Program-made: the position numbers and the translations under genes
Notes under the pieces: model-generated
Database searches by the model: none
The model's input: only the letters and a program-made list of their open reading frames with translations
Told to the model about the DNA's origin: nothing
In this document: positions 50,183 to 58,184 of the stretch, piece after piece
Layout of the letters: the number at the start of each line of letters is the position of its first letter
Position numbering within the stretch: the stretch's first letter is position 1
Assembly: GCA_039811685.1 (NCBI GenBank)
Contig: JBDHZC010000004.1
Coordinates: forward strand, 1-64,000
Source: Armatimonadota bacterium
Lineage (GTDB): Bacteria > Armatimonadota > UBA5829 > DSUL01
Direction: 5' to 3'
DNA: 64,000 nt

Positions 50183-50216
50183 GCAGCCGGTTAGTGACAA
50201 ACAGGAAGGATAACAA

Positions 50217-50936
50217 ATGGATCAGGCCCTACGTGATCTCTGGGCGCTTCAGTTGGCGGATAGCCGCATTGACGAATTTGAGAAGATGCTGGCGAAGCTG
50301 GACACAGGCGCAGCGGCGGCCAGAGAGCACGAACGCTCCAAGGCTGCGTACGATCAGGCGGCGGCGGCGCTTCACGCTGTTGAGTCCGAGTTGAAGGATG
50401 TCGATCTGAATATGAAGTCGACAGAGCAGAAGCGAAAAGATCAGGAAACGCGCCTGTATTCCGGAAAGGTGACAGCGGCCAGGGAGCTGGATGCCCTGCA
50501 GACTGAAGTGGAGATGCTGGCGCGCAATCGCGACAAGCTGGAAACGCGCGAGCTTGAGCTCATGGATGCACAGGTGGCAGCTCGTGAAGCCGTCGCTGTA
50601 GCGCAGAAAGACCTCAGCGAAAAGCAACTCGCACTGGATGCGGCACTGGCGAGCTCTTCCAGTGCCCGCGAAGAGATCGAAAAGAGTCTCCGTGCCGCGA
50701 GGCAGGACCGCGAACCGCACGAAAGCGCTCTCCAACAGAGCAACCCAATGCTGTTGAGAAAGTATCAGAGTCTGCGACCCAAGCTGCAGAATCAGGCAGT
50801 GGCCACTATCACGGGGAACAGCTGCTCTGTATGCCACGTCCATCTGCCGAGCCACATGATTCGGGAGGCGCGCGCGGGGGACGACGTTGTCATGTGTGAG
50901 TCATGTGGGCGCATGTTGGTCGTGGTCGAAGACTGA
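50217..50936 (+). CDS. Coiled-coil protein with C4 zinc ribbon (CT398/HP0958-like, zf-RING_7)
   Basis: LQxxDxRI start, long coiled coil, CSVCH...CESCGRML. Confidence 0.9.
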   Translation: MDQALRDLWALQLADSRIDEFEKMLAKLDTGAAAAREHERSKAAYDQAAAALHAVESELKDVDLNMKSTEQKRKDQETRLYSGKVTAARELDALQTEVEMLARNRDKLETRELELMDAQVAAREAVAVAQKDLSEKQLALDAALASSSSAREEIEKSLRAARQDREPHESALQQSNPMLLRKYQSLRPKLQNQAVATITGNSCSVCHVHLPSHMIREARAGDDVVMCESCGRMLVVVED

Positions 50937-51022
50937 TTGACCTTCAGCCGCACTCAGGACCCTCTCCGATTGCCCGGAATAAAGGGTTTTTGGTGGATTG
51001 GAGGTTTTTGTTCGGTTGGTAA

Positions 51023-51047
51023 CAACTCTGGTCGCACTTCCGCCGTC
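51023..51047 (+). promoter_or_regulatory. Possible autoregulatory ECF promoter
   Basis: CAAC-N17-CGTC upstream of the ECF sigma gene (AAC/CGT ECF-type elements). Confidence 0.5.
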
Positions 51048-51096
51048 TTATCTAGTGTGGAGGAGGGGTGAAAATGAACCCCTGGTCATGTGAACT

Positions 51097-51678
51097 ATGG
51101 CAAATGCGACAGTCTATAACCCTGCGGGAGCGCGAGTGGCGGAAGACCCTGACCATGCGCTGGTAGCGCGGTTTCAGGCCGGCGACGACGCGGCGTTCGA
51201 CAGTCTGGTGGGGCGGCATGAGGAGTTCGTGCACAATGTTTGCGTTGGCATACTCAACAGCGCGGATGATGCGGACGACGCTCTACAGGAGACGTTTCTC
51301 GCTGCGTACCGGGCACTGAAGAAGTTTCGGGGGGACTCCAAAGTCTCGACCTGGCTTTACCGCATTGCGGTGCGCGAATGTCTGGATATCTCCCGAAGGC
51401 GCAAGCGCACAACCAGTTTTGAAGAGATTGTCATAGAGCCGTCCGTCGACGATGGATCGGACGATCGCGCCAGCCAGACGATCGTGAGACAGTCTCTGGC
51501 CAAACTCCCTCCACACTACCGCAGCGCCCTTGTCCTAAGATACTACGGAGGGCTTTCCTACGAGGAAATAGCCCTGGCCATGGGTAGCACGGCGGGACGT
51601 GTCAAGATGATGCTTCATCGGGCTCGGCGCTCTTTTCAGGGTGTCTGGAGCTCGCAGGCGGATAGTGTTGAGGACTGA
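51097..51678 (+). CDS. ECF RNA polymerase sigma factor (RpoE/SigW-like)
   Basis: GDDAAFDSLV, DADDALQETFL, FRGDSKVSTWLYRIA, LSYEEIA...VKMMLHRARR. Confidence 0.95.
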   Translation: MANATVYNPAGARVAEDPDHALVARFQAGDDAAFDSLVGRHEEFVHNVCVGILNSADDADDALQETFLAAYRALKKFRGDSKVSTWLYRIAVRECLDISRRRKRTTSFEEIVIEPSVDDGSDDRASQTIVRQSLAKLPPHYRSALVLRYYGGLSYEEIALAMGSTAGRVKMMLHRARRSFQGVWSSQADSVED

Positions 51679-51727
51679 CAAGAGGTTCTTGGAATAACTG
51701 CATGACAGGCAGTATTGCGCAAGTGCG

Positions 51728-52687
51728 ATGAACAGGTGCAGCTACTACACAAACCGGTTTTCGGATTATATCGATCAGCAGTTGACGGCTGAAGAGCGCA
51801 CTGCACTCACGCTCCACTTGCGGGAGTGTCCGGCGTGCGCGTCTGAATACGCTGGGTTTGAGCGCGCGCACTCTGCGCTGCAGGAGCTGGCAACACCGTT
51901 ACCCTCTCGCCCTGTGCTACAGGCAGTGAGGGCGCGGATTCGGCAGGAAGAAAAGAACCGCAGGGCGAACCTTTGGCGCTGGGCGCCTGTGCCGGCGCTG
52001 GCTGCTGCGGCTGTAGCTGTTTTTCTCGTTGTGCTGAGTCACCCGGGGGCACAGCGTTCTCCCTTCCACTCCGGGAACGACGTTGTCGCAAGTGCGGGGT
52101 CGCGCAGCTCAAGTCAAGGTTCGGTGGTTGCGAAAGATGCGACAACCGGAGCGCAGGGGGCGGATCGCAGAATTGGATCTGGTCACGGGTTAGCTGATGG
52201 CCAAGCGTCCCTTGCGGATAGACCTGCCCTCGCGCAGATGCCCGGAGGGGGTGTGGCCAGCGCTTCACAGCCGGGCGGCAGCCTTGCGCAGCAATACACG
52301 CCAGCGCGCCAGCCTTCCTGGGCTGCCAACATTCGCCGGCCGAAGCCGCGCAGAGCGCATATCGTATTGGCCTCGCGTGTGGAAGGGCCAGGGCCTGCGC
52401 TTGCGCAGCAGGCTCAAGCGTCTGGCAAGGTCAAGTATCTGGTGGTCGCCTATCAGCCGTCGCAGGATTATAGCGCCACTGTTCAGGATGCGAGTTCCGG
52501 GCGCGAGCTTGGCGAAATGGCTGTTAGACGTACACTGTCAGCTGATGGGACAGTCAAACACGCAAATATCACTCTCCGTTTCCCACCGGCGAACTCTGGT
52601 GTGGAGGACAATGACACCAAAGACGATAGTACCAAGATTCGCTCTGACATTCGCAGCAGTTTTGACGATATGGTCGGCCGCGTCTAG
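51728..52687 (+). CDS. Zinc-finger (zf-HC2/ZAS) anti-sigma factor, single TM
   Basis: C...SDYIDQQL...HLRECPAC; TM WAPVPALAAAAVAVFLVV; low-complexity periplasmic part. Confidence 0.88.
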   Translation: MNRCSYYTNRFSDYIDQQLTAEERTALTLHLRECPACASEYAGFERAHSALQELATPLPSRPVLQAVRARIRQEEKNRRANLWRWAPVPALAAAAVAVFLVVLSHPGAQRSPFHSGNDVVASAGSRSSSQGSVVAKDATTGAQGADRRIGSGHGLADGQASLADRPALAQMPGGGVASASQPGGSLAQQYTPARQPSWAANIRRPKPRRAHIVLASRVEGPGPALAQQAQASGKVKYLVVAYQPSQDYSATVQDASSGRELGEMAVRRTLSADGTVKHANITLRFPPANSGVEDNDTKDDSTKIRSDIRSSFDDMVGRV

Positions 52688-53405
52688 CACCTGCCCCGCA
52701 GCCAACAACGTAACGTTCAGACTGGTGAATGTGCCGGTGCGAGACGCCATCCGCGCTCTGTGGGCTGCCGCCAGACCTGCGCAGGACTACGTCATTGACG
52801 ACGACATTCCCCGCGATCTCAAAGTCACCCTCAATTTCTACGACGCTCCGTTTGAGCAGGCGCTGCAGAGCATAGCGGACGGCGTACAGCTCAACGTGAA
52901 GCTGAACGCTAACACCTACAGCTTCTCGCGCGCCGAAAGCCCGCCTGTTGTCGTCAAGCTTGCTGCGCGTGGGGGAAAACTGACGTGGAAGCTTGCGAAC
53001 GCTGACCCGCGCGATGTTTTGACGCAGGTGCTTGGACTTTTTGACAAGACGTACGACGTGGACCTCAATGCGGATCCTACTGATGAGCTCAAAGCCTTTG
53101 CCAGACGCGCCGCGCTGAAACTCAAGGAAGGGCCTCCGGGGCCTCCCGGGTCTGATGTTGCGTCCGTTGTGCGCGAGGACGCGCAACGCTATCTCAAGCC
53201 GCCCGCCAGGCCGAGTGGCACTCCGCGCATTTCCACAGAGGGCTCGGACCTGGCCTTTGTGGACGCGATGGACACCTTGTCCACTGCCGGCGGATTCCTG
53301 TGGTTTCTGCGCGGAGAGAAGTATATCTTCCGAAATACTATTGCCGCAGACAAAGTCAGGGACATTTTCAGGCAGGAAGGCATCCTGGACGTCGTCCAGA
53401 AGTAA
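52611..53405 (+). CDS. Secreted protein with STN/secretin-N0-like domains
   Basis: ATG 52611 after GGAGG; signal peptide; VTFRLVNVPVRDAIRAL...VTLNFYDAPFEQALQSI pattern, repeated in a second module. Confidence 0.6.
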   Translation: MTPKTIVPRFALTFAAVLTIWSAASSTCPAANNVTFRLVNVPVRDAIRALWAAARPAQDYVIDDDIPRDLKVTLNFYDAPFEQALQSIADGVQLNVKLNANTYSFSRAESPPVVVKLAARGGKLTWKLANADPRDVLTQVLGLFDKTYDVDLNADPTDELKAFARRAALKLKEGPPGPPGSDVASVVREDAQRYLKPPARPSGTPRISTEGSDLAFVDAMDTLSTAGGFLWFLRGEKYIFRNTIAADKVRDIFRQEGILDVVQK

Positions 53406-53480
53406 GCTCTCGATCAGACCGCGCCTGCGCGTACTGCCCTGCCTTTGCACACGCTGCGCTATCCGTGTTAGCATTGGGGC

Positions 53481-54662
53481 GTGCAAAAGGACCAGTCTCC
53501 ACAACGCCATCTGGCTGCACACGGGTCTTCGCCGTCCGTCCGGGTGCTCCATCTGCTCCGGCCGACGGTCGGCGGAATGCGCACGCACGTAATCACGCTG
53601 CTGAAACATATAGATCGGTCTCGCTTCGAGATTGCTCTTGCGGCGCCTTCCAACATGGAGCGCGATCTTCTCGGGCCGTGTTCACGAGACGTTGAGTTCT
53701 ATCCACTCGAATTGGCGGAGTCCGGTGGGCCGCTCGGACTTGTTTATAGAAGTGTCCAGCTCTCCACCCTCCTGCGCCAGAGCCGCTTTGACATTCTGCA
53801 TTCCCACGGCCTCAGAGCGACAACGGCGTCAGGCCTCGGCGGTGCGGCGGCGCCGGCTAGAATTGCCACGCTGCACAACCCTTTGTCCGGGTTCAGCTCC
53901 GTAGCCCGCCCCCTCGTCTCCTACGCCTTCAAAGCCCAGACTCACTGCATAGCGTTGTCTGACGCATTGAAGCGAGATATTCTGGCGCTGGGTGTGCCGT
54001 GTGATCAGGTTTGCGTTATCCCAAATGGGGTGGGCGCAGGCCGGCGTACTCGTGCGGAAGCGCAATCGCAACTTGCGTCTTTGGGACTTGACAACAGTGA
54101 GCGTCTCATTCTCGTGTGCGCCCGCTTCCTGCCATCTGATATCGCTGCGTTATCTGCGCTGGTTGATGCCGTTCACCGCTATGCTCAGCCTCTCCGTCTG
54201 GTCGTGTGCGGGGTAGGGCAGCAGGACGGTGCACTCGCGCAGGCAAGGGCCGAGTTCCACGAGCGCGGTGTGGTAATCACAGGATATGTGCCGGACTTGC
54301 GGGCCTTGTTCTCGGCAGCTTACGCCGTTGTGGTTATGCAGCCTCCGATCGCCCTTCCGTTGACAGTGCTCGAAGCGATGGCGGAAGCCGTCCCGGTTGT
54401 TGCGTGCGCTGGCGGCGAGATGGAAGAGGTCATCCTGGATGGCACGACCGGTTATCTTCTGCCGCCGGGCGACTGGGACGCAATGGCTGAGCGGATTGCG
54501 TGGCTTCTGGAGTACCCAGATGAGCGTGAGCGGGTGGGCGCGGCCGCGCGGGACCGCATAGTCACCCAGTTTTCAGACCGGGTCTCCGTACGTAAGCTGG
54601 AGGCGCTGTACGACGAAGTCGCAGGACAACTGACCGGAGGCGCTGAGCGTGCGGCTGTGTAG
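53481..54662 (+). CDS. GT4-family glycosyltransferase-like protein (degenerate catalytic motif)
   Basis: RVLHL..GGMRTHV, LHSHG, TLH, VIPNGV, LEAMA..VPVVA, TG.L. Confidence 0.85.
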   Translation: MQKDQSPQRHLAAHGSSPSVRVLHLLRPTVGGMRTHVITLLKHIDRSRFEIALAAPSNMERDLLGPCSRDVEFYPLELAESGGPLGLVYRSVQLSTLLRQSRFDILHSHGLRATTASGLGGAAAPARIATLHNPLSGFSSVARPLVSYAFKAQTHCIALSDALKRDILALGVPCDQVCVIPNGVGAGRRTRAEAQSQLASLGLDNSERLILVCARFLPSDIAALSALVDAVHRYAQPLRLVVCGVGQQDGALAQARAEFHERGVVITGYVPDLRALFSAAYAVVVMQPPIALPLTVLEAMAEAVPVVACAGGEMEEVILDGTTGYLLPPGDWDAMAERIAWLLEYPDERERVGAAARDRIVTQFSDRVSVRKLEALYDEVAGQLTGGAERAAV

Positions 54663-56823
54663 CATTCTCCTCGCCCTCTTGTGTCTGAGCGCAAGCGCAG
54701 CGCGTGTTGAAGCTGGGAAGGACAGGGGAGTAGTCCTGGTCCTGATAGCCGGACTCACACTTCCCCAGGCGGAGCAAATGCCTGCTGTTCACAGACTCTT
54801 GCGGGAAGGAGCCTCGGCTGTGATGAGTCCGCGTGTGGGACGCGCCGCCCCGCTTCCGTTCGCCCGCGTGACACCTGATCCCTTGACTTCTGGATACTTC
54901 ACAATGGCTTGTGGAAGCCGCGTAGCGGCCGGACCGGAGGCTTCGTTCTTTCTTGCTCCTGACCAGCCAATAGACCCGTCGGGCGCCCGAGTGGAGCTTG
55001 CTGGCCGTGTCTGGTCGGCTTTGCGCGGGCAGCCTTTGACGGATGCCCAACTTGTCGCGCCCTTCTTTGAGATTGGGCTGAGGCAGGGCCGGGCCACTCC
55101 CTACGACGTGCCCATCGGCGAGCTTGGAAAACGACTTTCTTCCGCGAGGCTGAACTGTGAAGTGATCGGCAACGCAGACACTCCCGAAAGCCTTCAGCGC
55201 GAAGCGGCGCTTTTCACAGCGCTTCCGGACGGACGGGTGCTGCACGCGGCTATGGATAGCGAATTGACATTGCGAGACCCACTGTTCCCATTCGGGGTAC
55301 GGGCAAGCGAAAACGCCCTTGTGAGGCGCGCGTCTGAAGCAATGAAGCGCTCCAGCTTTGTAGTTGTTGAAACCGGTGACACAGCCCGTTTTCAGAGATA
55401 TCAGGACAATGTTGTGCCGGCAGCGCGCCAGCAAATGCAGGATCGAGTCTTTGCACAGGCCGACCGTATTGTGGAAGGCATTCTGCAGAATCTGCCGCGA
55501 GACTACCGGCTATTGGTTGCCTCACCAGGCCAGACGGTGGATCCTGAGACTCTCGCGTCTGAGCGTCTTCCGCTGCTTATTAGCTTTCGTGCAGGACAGC
55601 GGCCAGGGCTGCTGAGCTCCAGCTCTACCCGGCGCGCCGGAGTCGTCGCTAACACCGATGTCGCCACCGGCATCCTCAACTGGCTGGGAGTCCCAGGCTC
55701 TATTGGCAGCGGAGGCGAGATTCACGCAGTGGCCGTGACACAGCCGCTCCAGCGCTTGCGCGAGATTCAGGTCTTTGCGCGCTACCAGGAGTCAGCGCAA
55801 CCTGTAGTTTACGGCTTTGTTTATGGGTCGCTGGCGTGTCTGATAGCTCTCGTCGCAATGGTTTTTCTGGTAGGAGCGCCAATCCAGACTCGAGCGCTGG
55901 TTCTGGCGCCACCGGTGTCGTTCGCTTCCTTTCTGCTGGCCACCTCCTGGCGCCCTGATCCACTTGCGCTGGCTGCAGTTGCGCTTGCGGCCGGTGCGGT
56001 AGTTGCGCTACTGTTCACCGTCAAATGGCAATGGCCTACAGAGGCTCTGGCCGCAGGTATCCTCGTGCTCGGGACTGTAGCGTTCGTTGCGGGATGGTTT
56101 CCAATAGCAGCAGCCTCCTATCAGATTCAGGGAGGCGCGAGGTACTACGGAATCGGAAACGAGTACGCGGGACTCTTCATTGGGGCCGTGATTTTTCTGG
56201 GGTCTTCACCGTCAATCAGGCGTTTCTGGCTCCGGGTTGCGGCGCTTGCCGCCGCGGTGTGCGCAGTCTTTCTCATCGGTTTGCCGCGAGGCGGGGCCAA
56301 CGCGGGCGACATGCTGGGCGGTCTGATTGGATGCTGCGCGATCGCCGCGTCACTTTTTCACAAAAATTCCAGAAAAATCTTCCCCGTACTGGTAACAGGT
56401 GCAGTCTTATTGTTGTTGTTATTAGCGGGTAGAGATGCCATGCGCCCACCTGAGATGCAGTCTCACCTGGGACGAGCGATGACTGAGATTGTACGCAGCG
56501 GCCCCGTCGCGGCGCTGAATATTGTCCAGCGAAAAGCGGAACTTAACTTCCTGCTGGTACGTAATAGCCCCTGGGCCTTGTTGCTGTTGGCGGAATTTGC
56601 GGTGGCTTTTTTCCTGTCGCGGCGCTCGAGATATCTCGCCCGAGTGAGGACTCACAACAGAACTGTAGCTCTAGCAGTTACGGTGGTAGCGCTGTTGGCG
56701 CTGAACGATTCGGGAGTGCTTTCAGCAGCGGCTGCGGGGATGTGGCTGGTAATTGATGCGCTGGAGCGGTCTCCCAGAGCAAAGTTTGCTCCAATTTTAT
56801 CACAAATTGCCAAAGCCTCTTGA
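54649..56823 (+). CDS. Polytopic membrane protein with N-terminal extracytoplasmic alkaline-phosphatase-like domain
   Basis: Signal peptide; VVETGDTAR, GLLSSSSTRRAGVVANTDVA; ~9-10 TM helices with GARYYGIGNEYAG, GANAG, QSHLGRA, NDSG motifs. Confidence 0.65.
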   Translation: MRLCSILLALLCLSASAARVEAGKDRGVVLVLIAGLTLPQAEQMPAVHRLLREGASAVMSPRVGRAAPLPFARVTPDPLTSGYFTMACGSRVAAGPEASFFLAPDQPIDPSGARVELAGRVWSALRGQPLTDAQLVAPFFEIGLRQGRATPYDVPIGELGKRLSSARLNCEVIGNADTPESLQREAALFTALPDGRVLHAAMDSELTLRDPLFPFGVRASENALVRRASEAMKRSSFVVVETGDTARFQRYQDNVVPAARQQMQDRVFAQADRIVEGILQNLPRDYRLLVASPGQTVDPETLASERLPLLISFRAGQRPGLLSSSSTRRAGVVANTDVATGILNWLGVPGSIGSGGEIHAVAVTQPLQRLREIQVFARYQESAQPVVYGFVYGSLACLIALVAMVFLVGAPIQTRALVLAPPVSFASFLLATSWRPDPLALAAVALAAGAVVALLFTVKWQWPTEALAAGILVLGTVAFVAGWFPIAAASYQIQGGARYYGIGNEYAGLFIGAVIFLGSSPSIRRFWLRVAALAAAVCAVFLIGLPRGGANAGDMLGGLIGCCAIAASLFHKNSRKIFPVLVTGAVLLLLLLAGRDAMRPPEMQSHLGRAMTEIVRSGPVAALNIVQRKAELNFLLVRNSPWALLLLAEFAVAFFLSRRSRYLARVRTHNRTVALAVTVVALLALNDSGVLSAAAAGMWLVIDALERSPRAKFAPILSQIAKAS

Positions 56824-56883
56824 GAAACGTGGCGCGTTTTTGGTATTCTAACTCTGGTTGGTATAGGAAACGTTACACATCGG

Positions 56884-57185
56884 TATACTGAGCCTGTGAA
56901 GGAATACGGTGGCACAGCCGCAAATGGCGCCGGCGACGACTGCTGAGTGCCGTAGAGGTGACAACGGGTAAAGCCCTTGGTGACGATAGGGTGCGAACAA
57001 TTACTGTTTCTATCGTCGTCTGTATTACTGACTATCAAACAAAACACTAACAACAGGTCCCGGCCAGGCGGAGTCAGCAGGTCGGCATAAATGGACTCCC
57101 GCTTGGCATTTCGCACGTCTGAGCAGAGTGGCCATACAACAAGAGAGTCGGGACAAGGCACGAGAGACGAAAGGACAAGTCAGTC
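56884..57185 (+). promoter_or_regulatory. -10 element (TATACT) and ~290-nt structured 5' leader of a sigma factor gene
   Basis: TATACT at 56884-56889; several complementary segments in the leader (see findings). Confidence 0.45.
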
Positions 57186-58082
57186 GTGAGCGTTGCCGTA
57201 AGGGAACTCGACAAGAAGCACAGTACAGGACAAGCAATAAGGAAGGACACGCAGCTCAACTCCAGCTCAACGCGCACCTGCCTGCCACCGGTTGGCAGGA
57301 GGAGTCTTCTGACACACGCGCAGGAGATAGCGCTTGCTAAGCGGATTCGCGAAGGTGATCTCAAAGCCAAGCAGCAGCTCGTAGAATCCAACCTGGGTCT
57401 TGTCATTAGCATTGCCAAGAAGCACGACTTCCGCGCCATCCCGTTCGAGGATCTGGTGCAGGAGGGCGTCATCGGCCTTATGAAGGCCGCGACCAAATTC
57501 GATCCTACAAAAGGATACAAGTTCAGCACTTATGCGACTCACTGGGTGAAGCAGACGATTAGTCGCGCTATCGCCAACCAGAGCCGCACCATTCGCGTTC
57601 CGAACTATCTCGCGGCGGCTCTCCGGAAGATGGAGCACGTGAAGTCCAATCTGGAGACGGAATACAGCCGTCCTCCTACGAATGAAGAGCTGGCGACTGC
57701 GACTGGTGTTTCCGTACGCCGGCTGCTGGACCTGCAGAAGGTTGCTGCTGAGCCAGTCAGCCTTGAGAGTCTGGTTTCTGCGGATGCAGAGACTCCTCTG
57801 GTGCAGTTGCTGCCGGATCTGAATGTCGAAGACCCGGAGCAAAGCGTGCTGGTGGGCGCCCGGCGTGAAGCCAGCGAACGGCTTCTGGATATTCTGGAAG
57901 ATCGAGAGCGTCAGGTCATCGCAAAGCGATTTGGCTTTGAAGGCGGTCGGGCGCGCAGTCTTCAGCAGATTGGTGGAGAGATGAATCTCTCTCGTGAGCG
58001 CGTGCGCCAGATAGAGTTGAAAGCTCTGAAGAAGCTTCGAGACGCGGCGCGGGGAAGTCAGCTCGCCGAACAGGTGAAGTAA
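57186..58082 (+). CDS. RpoD/RpoS-like sigma70 factor lacking region 1.1 (group-2-like)
   Basis: LLT..QEIALA, NLGLVISIAK, DLVQEG..GLMKA..KFDP.KGYKFSTYA, SRTIRVP, SRERVRQIE. Confidence 0.93.
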   Translation: MSVAVRELDKKHSTGQAIRKDTQLNSSSTRTCLPPVGRRSLLTHAQEIALAKRIREGDLKAKQQLVESNLGLVISIAKKHDFRAIPFEDLVQEGVIGLMKAATKFDPTKGYKFSTYATHWVKQTISRAIANQSRTIRVPNYLAAALRKMEHVKSNLETEYSRPPTNEELATATGVSVRRLLDLQKVAAEPVSLESLVSADAETPLVQLLPDLNVEDPEQSVLVGARREASERLLDILEDRERQVIAKRFGFEGGRARSLQQIGGEMNLSRERVRQIELKALKKLRDAARGSQLAEQVK

Positions 58083-58110
58083 CGGATTCCTGCCAGAACT
58101 TCTGCAAACG

Positions 58111-58143
58111 AAAGCCTCCAGCCAAAGCTGGAGGCTTTTTCTT
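58111..58143 (+). terminator. Rho-independent terminator (possibly bidirectional)
   Basis: AAAGCCTCCAGC-CAAA-GCTGGAGGCTTT followed by T-rich tail, between convergent genes. Confidence 0.85.
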
Positions 58144-58184
58144 GTCTGTGCTCTCGCGGCGTCTTTCCGCTGACAGAGGCCCTC

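Noticed and set aside
50015..50200. N-terminal extension of the phosphoesterase ORF
   Set aside because: Runs through a divergent promoter region (TATACT on minus, TTGACG-17-TACAAT on plus); the signal peptide begins near 50014.
52197..52610. N-terminal 138 aa of the ORF 52197-53405
   Set aside because: Overlaps the anti-sigma gene; the true start is ATG 52611, with a GGAGG RBS and signal peptide.
56884..57000. Partial resemblance of the sigma leader to c-di-AMP, c-di-GMP-I or cobalamin riboswitches
   Set aside because: Only short fragments match and the core conserved boxes are absent; reported instead as an unknown structured leader.
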